Position numbers and translations under genes: made by a program. The notes beneath the pieces are model-generated. The model was not told the DNA's origin. It searched no databases and was given only the letters and a program-made list of their open reading frames with translations. This document shows, piece by piece, positions 26,201 to 38,135 of a stretch of DNA of 64,000 bases. How positions within the stretch are numbered: position 1 is the stretch's first letter; each line of letters begins with the position of its first letter. Source of the DNA: Phoronis australis (lineage: Eukaryota > Animalia > Phoronida); contig NMRA01000430.1 in assembly GCA_002633005.1 (NCBI GenBank), forward strand, positions 62,001 to 126,000. The letters run 5' to 3'.

Positions 26201-29200
26201 TGAGAAAACTGATAGAAAAAATTGCAGTACATACGAAGTTGTCATTTGTAGAATTCCTGTTTTTGTTGAAACAGTCTGCATTGTGAAGTGGTGAAACCAT
26301 TTCAACATTCCCATTTGGGACAAAAAAGTATATATATTTTTTTTTTTTGAGATTCTGAAACATGCATTTAGCCATTAAGTCAGTAAATAACCATTTATCA
26401 ACATGAATTCAATCTGGATTTGCTAGCTGTTTTTCCAGTTGTGACATTTGACCAGGAGGTCACTGGGGGTCGTGTATTACTTAATACACATGCAAGCCAC
26501 CTGCTGAACACTGCTACCTTTGAGTTCAGTGCTGAACAAAACAAGGGACAAAAGTAGCTTTAGACATTTCTTTAATTATGTCTATTGAAATTTGTCACAG
26601 CACATGAAATTTGCATTTTTATGAAAGACAAGGACATGTTTCCTAATTCTGCGTGCATATAAAAGTGTGCACCATTCACTTAGCATTAAATTTTCCATTC
26701 TCCTGTGTACATATAACACCGTAGTTTTGGGCAGGTGAATCTTTAGTGCAGTGGTGAAACTGATCGGTTGACTGACCAGTTAAATGTGAGTGAAGCTCCA
26801 AACTGCTGGGAGGTGTTTGACCTGTCTGTTAGGTAACTAATATTTATTTAGGAGTAACACAACTAAGCAATATACCATATTGTCTCTATCAACTCTTTGT
26901 CTACTTCTACCCGCTTAGTCAATGTTTGAGTTTCTTGTTTGGTAAATTTTTTATCAGTTCATGTCTTGTTCAAATCTGTCGTGTAAAGGTAGTAATATAG
27001 CAGTTGTGAAGGCCTTGTGTTGGTGTGTTTGCTCCTGATATGACCAGGCGTTTACCCACTGCTGGTTTGTTCATTGTACCGCTGACCTGAGTTGACCTAG
27101 GCTGTGTTATCAGAGCAGCACACATGCGCAGCCCACTGTCTGGCTAGGATATTGCTTTAGACTGCTAATGGTATGAACTGCTTTTCTTGCTTCACGCTAA
27201 AGTAGCAGGTAAACTCTTCAATTGATATACTTTTACACCTTAAATGTTTTCTTTGTTTTGTTTATAGTTGTTTGTAACACAATGGTCACCCACTAATTGG
27301 TGATCTGTTGCGTTTAACTACATAGGTTGGCCAATTTAGGTCGTTATAGCATTGTGTGCATAAAAAATGACAATTCAGTTCTTTCCATGGCGGAAACTGC
27401 ATTGGCATAATTGAAACTGAACCACGGAACGTCTACCTGACGTAGTGATCATTATAAATTCCACGTATAAATATTTAAGCTTTACTTTAGTTGTAATCTT
27501 TGCTTGATATTGTGAAGTTTGAATGGTCTGTAGTTGTTTTTTGTTGGTTTTATATGGTATGACTCACCTTGGAGTGGTAACCTGTCTAGTTGTGTGTCAT
27601 GTCTGGCCAGAGCTCTCAAGTCTCAAGGGGAGTTGAGGTCACAGGAGATAAGTAGCAGCAAGGGTGGATATAATGAAATTTCAATTCAGCATTCTACAGC
27701 TGGGGTGCAACCATGGCATTTGTGTTTCCTTCCTAACAAGTATTTCTATTTGAAGTAATTTGTGATTAATAGTATTCAATGAACTGTGCCCTTTTTCAAA
27801 GCTCTTGACTGTTTTATGACCTCAACGCTAGTTCTTGTTTTAACTGAATCAAGTTTGCTTTTACAAAAAATTATAATTACCTCGCACTTTTGCGATATGT
27901 CACTTTGGTCAAAGTTAATATAAATCATTTGTTCTTCGCCCAATTAAACATTGAAAAAGGGTTCATGAAGTCATACTTGTACTCATTTAGTCATAATTTT
28001 TGACTAAATTTCTGACTGATAAGCACATGTACAAGTCTTCATTTTACCTACATGACTCTAAACTTGTCCACGTGGACTGGGTTGTCAGAATTCTTTCTGC
28101 AAGTGTCTTCTTTAGAGCTTTAGTTGAGGTGCAAAATGTCTTATTTTTTCGAATTTCATTTGTAAAGTTTGAAACAAATTAACAAGAGATACAGAAATGA
28201 CTAATTATTTGTTCTACATTTGTTTTAAACTGCTAAAAAACTTTTTAACTGCTTAGTTTTTCTCCAAGTTAAAGAAACATGCTTGCGAGATTAAAGTTGG
28301 GTTTTCATCTGCATGCTAGGTGGATGAATCACAGGAGGTTGATGTGGGGTGTCTCATTTACATGCACAAATGTGAAACCAAAACTTTGTTGTAAGAAGAT
28401 GAATTTCTTATGTTTGGCAAAAGAGAAAGAATCATTTCCTGTTTTGGATCGTGTGAAGTGCACAGTCGAGAGATGGGAATTCTCCCTTCCTTGTTTCCAT
28501 TTTAGGAATCGTTTGTTGAATATGGGCGGACTACATAAAGTGTCTTTGGTGTTTGGTTCCAGAAGGGTGTAATTTAATATACATTTAGTGAACTATTAAA
28601 TACAAATTTAAATGGGAGACTGGATGGGATGTGTCGTACCTGCCTGGGTCAATGACACTCAAAAATAGACAGAATGTGTTGAGCATTTGAAAGTGTATTT
28701 TTGTAAAGTCAGGAATAGGTGTTTAGACAAACTAAGTCAGGTTAATGTTTTACCAAGTGTAAGAGTTTAATAAAATAATGACTTGTTATTGCCAGCACGG
28801 ACATTGAGAAGTGCAACTTTTGAAGAAAAGTCTGGTGAGCATACAGTCGAATATGTGTGTAATCATAGGCTACTTGCGCATATTTACTCTCATGCGCCTA
28901 CATTCGAAATCGTGTTTTTTCAAAGTAAATTGTTTACTCAAGTGTTTCACATCAAGAGCATGCGCCTAAATTTCACTTATAGGTGCAGGTGGGTGTCCTT
29001 TGGACTGGCATATATATACCTTTTTGTGGACACCAGCATATACATTGCCTTCAACAATTAAGCTCATAATCTTGTCAGTGTGAAACATTTTCACACTTAG
29101 TTTGGCATTTCCTAGGCTGTAGTTCAGATAAGATCACATTCTGTTAGGGCTGTCTTGTGAAGTTTTATGTAACTAATTGGAATAACAGTTCACAATCCAG

Positions 29201-30143
29201 TTCATTAACTGAACTGTAGCAAAATTTGTTTTGATTTTTCATAAAGAATGAATAAAACTAGTAAATAATTAATTGACCTGTTCAGTATATAATGTTTGGA
29301 AGGAAATTACAGAAAAGTGTGATAGCCATAAACCATTAAAACTATTAAAATGGGTGAAAATGCGAACTGTTTTTTTTTTAGTTACTAACTAACTTCATGC
29401 TCCCGCAGAACATCTAGGGGGTATTACCGGTATGTGAGCGTGTGTCACTTGTAGGATTCTTCACTACATTCCATGAGCGAAATAGCTTGTAATATTTTGA
29501 AAAATAAACATGTCGCGCCTATATTCACAGCATCACTTCCAAGCATGGTTTTGCTCAAACGGTTTGCGTCTAGGTGCTTGCGCCAAATTCTTGATCTAGG
29601 CACGGCTTCAAATGGAGGCAGAATGACCTAAATAGGCGCATACCGTATGACACATAGTAGGCCAGACGAATATGGTTTAACATCGTTGGAAGGGCACACA
29701 ACAGTCGTGTGGTGGGCATTATACACCAGTATAATGTTGTAGAAGTGGGCAGTAAAATGTACAAAGCATCAAAGAAGGAAATATCCTGACCATTTTAAGA
29801 AAACAGTCTTTTGTTATTTGTTGAATGAAACCTGCCTAGAACCTGTTCAGTGATTTTTGTGTTATTCCTACTCGTGAGGAATTGATTTCTTTATACAGCG
29901 TACCAGGGTTGGAGGATCACCAATAGGGCTGTTTTATACACTGCTTGAATAAATGTAGTCAACCTGTTAAGTGTATATAACTCTTTGGGCTTTACATTTA
30001 TCAGTCATGAAAGATAAATAGAAGGTTCTTCTAAGTATGGATGGTTTCACTTGAACTATTCCAGTCAAGGTTTCCAAAATGCTTGAGGTTGTTGGTTTAA
30101 TTGTGGAAATGTTGACTTTATTTTCCTTTTTGTTTTTTTTTAG

Positions 30144-30318
30144 GTTTGACGGCATATTAGCCTGGCTTCATGTAGCTTGCTGTGTCCGCAGGGAAAACAA
30201 GAATTCAACATTGTGTATGTAAATTACATACACATACTTGCCAAGAATATTTATTAGTTCAGATCTTCAAAAGGTCTGATTCAGTACACGGGCACTAGTA
30301 TCTAGCGTTAAAAGAGTG
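30144..30318 (+). other. MBNL: Muscleblind 5'UTR part of the first coding exon
   Basis: Strong acceptor (long pyrimidine tract plus tag at 30141-30143) 175 nt upstream of the ATG. This implies non-coding upstream exon(s). Confidence 0.65.
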
Positions 30319-30516
30319 ATGGCGCTGATTAACCCAGTAGTTCAGCTTGCCAATGTGGCCAATCACAAGGACTCGCGTTGGCTGACATTAGAAGTTTGTC
30401 GTGAATTCCAGCGAAGCAAGTGCTCGCGCTCGGATCAAGAGTGTAAGTTTGCACATCCCCCACCTCACGTGGAAGTACAAAATGGCCGAGTCACCTGCTG
30501 CTTCGATTCAATTAAG
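30319..30516 (+). CDS. MBNL: Muscleblind coding exon 1 (ZnF1 and start of ZnF2)
   Basis: [66 protein letters not shown], donor gttagt. WLTLEV box and CX7CX6CX3H finger. Confidence 0.97.
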
Positions 30517-32111
30517 GTTAGTAGTTTTCACTTTTGGACATGTTGTTAAGTATGTCTGACAGAAAGCGAGAATATTTCCACCTGACTAATAGGTTGCAAT
30601 GATGTATTGTCAGTCTGGATATGCAGAACATGGAATGTAAGATTTGTGCATACCACTGGAGAAAAATGTCTGGCAAATATATTTTGCTGCCTCCAGAGCT
30701 AAATGCCAGTTTATCTGCTGTAACTGTGTAACAACTCTCCAAGGACCTGTTGTTGTAGCTGCCACAGTTCTAAATGTCAAACTTAACATCGGATCTCCTC
30801 CTCATATACAATGTGGTGGAAGGTAGATCTGCTTGAAATGATTGTGACACTACATCTGAGATCTGTGTCAAACCTTCCTCTGAATACTTATCTCTAGATA
30901 TTGAAAATAAAGAAGCACTTGACGTCAATTATTACTGCTAAACATGCCCACTACTCTGAACTAGCAGATTTGTGGGCAGGGACAGCGCGCCTCCATCCTT
31001 GTTGTTTCCCTTTGAAGTGTGAGTTTCAAGTTGTCAACTGGTTCCTTCACACACCACTGGTTATGCTTACAGTTGTCCTGTCCTGTTCACCAAGTTGTGA
31101 CACTCCCAGGTCAACGGCTTAGCTTGCCTCCACTGTCATTCACGCGTTTGTTTGCCGACGATGTAAAAAAGTGTCTGACTCATGCCTGTCATTGACTTGA
31201 CTTACAACATAAAGCTCTACTGTCTAGCCTCGGTTTGGACATGTTTGATTTGAAAACTTTACAATATATTACCGTATGTCGCCAGTAATGGATTGATAAA
31301 AATTCCTTTCCAATGTCTTTGTGCCGCAAATGTTTCGTGGAGATATTGTAGTATAAAATGTTGCTTTACATTTAGAAACCGTCACATTCGGGTTGTTTAT
31401 GTTGTCAGGCAGCTGACTTTTTCTAAAATAGTTCAGTCCAGATTGAACAAGCTTATTTCTTACTGTTTCTATGGAAACAGTTTTAATATTAACCCTATGA
31501 GTCTCTTGGGCCAGTTACTGTGAAGGGTGAAAATTAAAGTACATTACAAAGAATCGTTTGCTGCTGAAAATGAAGACCAGTAGCACCTAGTTCTGATTTA
31601 AAACTTCTTGAATTTTAAGCATATTTAGTCATGAATCGTTTAATCTTGATTTGTGATCATTGTCACTGTATAACACAGGGGTTGTGGTCATTTTATCATT
31701 GAGATGAAGAGAAGTTAATTCATGTTTTTTTGTTAGTTTCATTATTGTTCATTCTCAAGACCATTTTTGTAGTTTCAAAACGTTCTGTGTAATAAATTGT
31801 TCTAAACCAAAGATAGAACTCTAGTTTTTCCTTTTCAAATAGAGAAAAATCTCTTTCACCAAACATATTTTTTTGCTTTGTAAATTAGTTAATCCCATTG
31901 TCGTATTTCGAAGTGATGAATAGTGTTAAAATTTGTTTGGGAATTGCCTTACTTTTCTGCATGCCATGTTAATTGTTTCTCAAAACTGGAACAGCGCCAC
32001 CTACAGAAAACGTAATTCCTGTACTTAAGCAGCCATGGCAACACCTCTGAAATAGGTGGATTGCAATGGGAAAAGGTTGACTTCACTCTGGTGGAAGTAA
32101 TCATGACATGT

Positions 32112-32270
32112 CAGTGGCAGCTTTAGGGGGGCCAAGGGAGCCATTGCCCCCCCCCCTTCCCTCCTAAAATTCTCATCCCATTTGGCAGTTGGGGGGTGCG
32201 AATGTCTGACGGGCAAAATCTTGGCAAATACTCTGTCCTCCCCCCATTCAAAAACCTGGATCCGCCCCTG
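32112..32270. mobile_element. Short GC-rich MITE-like repeat
   Basis: CAGTGGCAG...GGATCCGCCCCTG imperfect inverted termini with G/C runs; CATGT on both flanks. Confidence 0.45.
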
Positions 32271-35200
32271 CATGTTGCAACATGCAACTCGCATTCAGTC
32301 GAGAGTGCAAACCAGCTACACCATCTGGTGTTTAATCCCCGGAGTTAGTGGTAACTCCGATATTATCAATGGAGAAAAGTTAGTGCAACAGAAAATTGGA
32401 GTTGGGATAGGTCAGAGTTCATCGATTTTGTTAGTTCATCTAGGTCTTGAGCATTTGTTCTGAAGTGCCAAAATTGGTCGCTGAAGTATGGCAGCCAACT
32501 TTGGCCCAAATTGATTGGCGATAAAGAAAGAAAACGAACAACTTCCGAACAGATTGTTTCTTTGCCTTGAATCGTGAAGGTTACAGTGAACGATTTCTGT
32601 GTGCGCTATTTCCAGAAATGAATTAGGCAAAAAACTTGAGCAAAATCAACTGGACATTATGGCTGACGCTTAACAAAATCCATGGGAGTTTGGTTTATGG
32701 GAAAGAGATAATAGATAGTGCGAAGGGAAGAAGAGTTGTATTTACTCTCTTGCGTATGTTGTACTCTGGGGACAATGTTTAGTACCTACAAAAAGATCTT
32801 AACAAATTTGTGTAGCCTGTCCACGTGGTTGTTTTTAACCGAGACGTGTCTCCAGTGATAAATGAAGGATATATGTATCTCCTTGGGTGACCAGTATGAA
32901 CCAGTTAGTATGTGTCCTGTTGACGTCCTTCAAGTAGATTTGATTGACTGATCGTACCTCATCTAGGTTATGCTTCACAATTTGAACTTGGTAAAGCATT
33001 AGTGTGGTGGTGTCCATGTTTTATTAAAATAAAATTTCACTTGTCCGCTTTGTTACATCCTTAATTGGTGAACTTTCATCGTACACAGTGGGTGGTGAAA
33101 GGAAAATATTAAGGAGGCCATTTGGCTCTATTTTCTGTGGTTTGTATGTTATTTGGAAGGTGAAATGCGCACAGAGCACTTCAGAATTGATGTAGCTGCC
33201 ATTTGTTGGATTCAACATACAGTAGAGTCACTCAATTCTATGTAGAATGTTTGAGTGTAAAGCGGAGAAAATTACAGTAAATGTGTGTTATACAAAGTTT
33301 TGAAGTGTGGAAATGGTATTGACAAATATCATGTTTGATACTATAAGTGCATTTACAAGATGTACTTTAATGGGCAAGTAAGATTCAAAATATAAAAAGT
33401 GATTAAAGGTTTAGGAACGAAAATTGGGTATATTTGAACTTGTTTGAATCATGTAGTGGGATCATTTGCTTGCTATACTACAATGCATTCTGTTACCCCC
33501 AAAAGGAATCAGACCCCAGCAAGCCTAGATAGTTTCACTTGTAGTCTCCTGTTAAACACACACACTCACTCACACACATACCGGGAAGTTGTTGGACACA
33601 ATGGCCTTAGGTCAAGTCTCCCTGGCTGTTTCACAGGCATCAATAGGCGGAGTGTAATCTGTAAACCTAGTCATGTTTACCAAGACTCCCAAGTGTTAAA
33701 TTTTTAGTGTAGTTAATCGATTTTTCTGCAATGCTCACATTAGAAGAACGATAATTTTGTTGAGTCTGTTTTGATTTGGACACATGATGTTCATGTCTCA
33801 CAGAATGGTGGTTTGTTGCGCCAGCCACAAAGACATTAAGGAAGTAGTTATCAGTCACATCACAATGTCATCCTTGTTAGTATCTAATGTGCTTTTGTAT
33901 GCTTTATCACAAATCACATCCTACATGAATGCTTAAGGCAAAACTTTGAACAGAAAGAATTAGCTAAAGCTCCGTTCCACTAGAAAGCCATAGCTATCAA
34001 ATGTGGCATATTTGCAACAACTCAAATTCTTTTTAGATATTTGACATTTACATGGGATTTCAGTTGAATGTTTATGATGTCAGTTGCTCGCTTTTGCTTT
34101 TAATCATTGTGGAATTTCCTTACTTAATATACCGTACTTGAAAGTATTTGTTTCCAAACCTTAAAGCTGAGCTCGTTATTTTGAAACAAAGGAGAATGTT
34201 TGGTCAGTGTAAAATCACGAATTAATGATGTTGATATGGAGATACTTTTACAAGCACAAATTCGCTTTTCTCTTATCACGGATTGTGAAAAAGCATTTTT
34301 TCTGAAGGAAGCTGTTTACAGACCTGAAAATGAGAGCATTTTTGTGGTTTCTCATTTTTTGGAAATTCACGGTTGCTGTTTTGTGATGTTTAAAGAAGAT
34401 GCTTGTGTGGTTACTTGTCAGAACTTGGCGAACGATTTTCAAAGGAACTGAGGGATAGTGAAACCATGTATTATTGAGTGTTATATTGGGTCACTGCATC
34501 AAAGTGGCAGGCTCTCTCTAAGGTTACTGGTCATTTATGCTGACCTCTCCTGACTTCTTTAGTGCTATGGGAAGTGTGTTCACATGTTTTGGTGTTAACT
34601 CCTGTTAAAAGTCATAGGTATCATTTTTTTCTGTGGCCTAGCCTTGTTACACATTCTTGTGTTCTGACTCATATCTGGCGGAGATTAGATTTCCACACTG
34701 TAGAGACTTCCAGCAGGGAACTGTGTAGGTGATCAGTGTCTGATTTTTTTCCACGCAAATTGTAGATGATTTCTCACTTTGTATGCAATTATAAACGAAG
34801 CAATAAAGTTGGTGTTCATTCATTAGAAGAATTCTTGTCTCGTTATTGCCACATCGTTGGAACTGTTAGTGGACCATGTCTTCTTTGTTCATACTTGTTG
34901 TATTTTAACACTTAATACATTTAGTTTTTGATAAATTTTTCGTGCAGAGTCGTGTTTTTGGTGGAGGCTTGTCACTGAAGTAGATTTCTCTCATCACTTG
35001 AGTTTTCATTCTGTCTACAACTTGTTCATCATTCAACTGACTGACACTGGTTTAATACTTCATCAGTTTAATCTCATCTCGACAACTTAATCCTTCTGAT
35101 ATTGCACAAAATTTCATTGACGTCAACAACTTTTTTGTTTTGTTTTATCTTCGTAGAAGCCAGGAATGTTGTGACTGAGTTTGTAGGGTAACTACCATTA

Positions 35201-35452
35201 TGAGTGTAGATGGCAATTGTGTCGCATGTATTCCCGAATAGTTTCATATTTGATAGTGATACATTAAAAACCAGTTGGGCTAATATGGGTAGCCATCTTG
35301 TTTTTCCGTTGATGTCCTCTGCAGTTGATGTCATGTGACCTGTGATTGATGGCCCTTTATTGTCGTGAGTTTAATATTGTGAGCATTATCATATAGTGAA
35401 TGAAGTGTTGCAACAAGGTCAGTGACTTATATGGCAGCTGAACAACTATCAT

Positions 35453-35453
<1 letters not shown>

Positions 35454-35537
<84 letters not shown>
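35454..35537. repeat. (CA)n microsatellite, about 42 units
   Basis: Visible directly. Confidence 0.99.
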
Positions 35538-35541
<4 letters not shown>

Positions 35542-37958
35542 CTGATGTAGCTGTGTGTACACGTAGTCAGCAAACTACCTACTGTTTGTTTAATTAACTT
35601 GAAATCCCTACTGCACTGTTAATTGTTTTCCGATCCTTCTAAAATAACCTGGGTATTCTAATTCGAATGTTTAACTACGATCAGAAAATATTTTGAAACA
35701 GCGTGGGCTTTTACAACAGTGTTGGAAGACCTTGATAATCAAAAAATAGAGCATTTTTGGCAATTATTTTTGTCTGAAATTAGTGAGATTTTACTGTATT
35801 TTGTGTTCAAGTCTTTTACTTGCAAGATATCAGTGTTGTGGACATTCTGATTTTTGTTATGCTGGGGATACAATAGTGTTGACATTGTATTTTTCAGGTT
35901 ATTCTGCGACCGCATTATTTGTGTTCCCCTGCACTTTCTACACAGCTAACTTTTACCAGTCTCACTCAATCTTAACTTTACAACGCTTTATTTCTTATTT
36001 CGCATTTGACAATTTTCTCCTAGCTTGAATGTTACCAACCATTGTTCGGTTGACTATAAACAGACTGCAGATGGAAATCAGCCTTGTGGGAAAATCTTAA
36101 ATAAGATTGATAGGGCAGTAACCTTTTTCAAAACACTGAATTCTTAATTTGGATAACATCGTCTCTTGGTTACCATTGCTATGCCAGCTAGAGTGAGATT
36201 GTTTTGTCATGAAACAAATTCATTTTTTGTGTCCAAGTGATGGAAGAGAAACATGTCCTGGTTCCTGTTCGCATGTAACGGCTCGGCTCATGCCTTACGC
36301 TCAAGTGCACTAACAAGTAGGGCATAATGCTGTGTACTAAACACGCAGGGCTGGCATATAATGGTGTTCAGTACTAAAACAAGTACAGGGCTGGCACATA
36401 ATACTAACAAGGCTAAATGCAAGCTGCCTGTGGAACCTTGAATGTTGGGACAAAATGATCAATGGTATTGCTGAAACTTACTGACTAACACTGTCTAAAC
36501 TTGAATAAAGTTGTGTATTGTTTGGCTTGGCTAATCTTGTCAGGAAGGAATATTCATTAAATTGATCAGCTTAGTGCCCTGGTATTGTAACACAAGCACA
36601 CAACATAGAGCAGGGAATTGGAACTACTGACTGAATCATTTATGTATATATTCCAAACTGTTGTGTATCTTAACAATATTGACATTTTGATTAACCCCTA
36701 AATCTCCGAAAATGAATAATTAAACATATTTCATGGAATGGATATCTAGAATAACGGAATGGGAGCATTTTGTGTGAAATGTTATTGTGAGGTGCGTCAA
36801 AGATGGCCATGTAAAGTGAGTATCAGGTACGGTCAGGACTGGGGGGTCTCGCATAAGAGGGAGTTGTGAGCTAAAGATAAGTGTTGGCTTCCTGTAACTA
36901 GGTTATCTTAATCCTACAGTTGACTGAAACTGTCCTTATCACTATACTTTAGGTCATAAGACTTGGTGTCAATGACAAGCTCATCTGCACATGTTAGCAT
37001 AACCCATGTTAGGAATAACACTTAAGTTACACATTGATGTATGTTGTAGACTTGCTGTATTCAAATTAATTTGAGCATGTTTTGGAAACGGTGGCAGCCT
37101 GGTGGAAAACTCACCGTAGACAGGCGTCCCAATGGGAACTAAAAATTGATAGAGATCTTCCTTTACGATCCGTTGTTACAGTTCATAACTTAAAAAGCGA
37201 GGGGTTTTAACCACGGTTATAAAGTAGGCCTGCAATAAGTTGCTGTTACTATACTGAACTCTTGATATGTTAGTCATATTTTGAATTCAGACATTTCTTT
37301 GTTTTCTGCTGGTACCTGTCCCCACATTTTACTTGAAGGTCACAAATTTTACTTGAAGGTCACACATGTGGAAGAGCTAAATTGGTACCTCCAGCACATG
37401 ACTCTATCCTTCAATTTATTTTGGTTTCTGAATTTGTTGCAAATTGTTGGTATTAACTTAGTACCAGCAGGTCATGCAGTGTTTCTGTTTGGTGGTTATG
37501 CCTTAGTTCTCTGAGTGGAATCTTGCTGTCTTTGTTGGAAATGTCCTCTGGCAAATATCAGTTTTTTTCCAGATTTGTTGAAATTCTGTCAAATATAATG
37601 TGCTGAAATGTGAGACTACAACAAATGCTTGAGAAAAAGTTTTGAGGGTGAATTATGTGTCGTCTTGGCTACTTGTTTGTTGGTATTGATTATAATTTTG
37701 ATTTGACATTCTTAAATGTCATTCCCACTAGAACGCAAGTAAATGTGTCATGTTTGAATTTATGATTTCTCATTTTGTCTGTAAAAATCGCGCTGCTGGT
37801 GCCCACATACAGATCTGGTGACACTTATTTCCATTTTGAATTTGATAGCATAGATTTGATAGCATAGATTTCTTCCCACGAATAACAACACCTAATGAAT
37901 TTCCTTTATGATCGACGTATTTCACATTTAGACGGCGGAGTCTTGGTTACACTTTCAG

Positions 37959-38135
37959 GGCAAGTGTCAGAGAAAGGACCCTCCATGTAAATACCTGCAT
38001 CCGCCACAACACCTACGAGAGCAGTTGTTACAGAATGGCAGAAATAACCTGATCTTGCGAAACATACAAATGCAAGCATTGGCAGCCCAGGTGACGACAG
38101 GGATGCCCCCTATGGTGCCAAGTGTGATGCCTGTA
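37959..38135 (+). CDS. MBNL: Muscleblind coding exon 2 (rest of ZnF2, NGRNNL box)
   Basis: Acceptor tttcag, GKCQRKDPPCKYLHPPQHLREQLLQNGRNNLILRNIQMQALAAQVTTGMPPMVPSVMPV, donor gtaagt. 177 nt, phase 0/0. Confidence 0.96.

Noticed and set aside
6300-30100. Many 60-135 aa ORFs in the upstream region
   Set aside because: No recognisable protein motifs apart from the LINE remnant; consistent with chance ORFs, many with TTG/GTG starts.
30316-30318. GTG start given by the ORF track
   Set aside because: The adjacent ATG at 30319 (gtgATGG, good Kozak context) is the plausible eukaryotic start.
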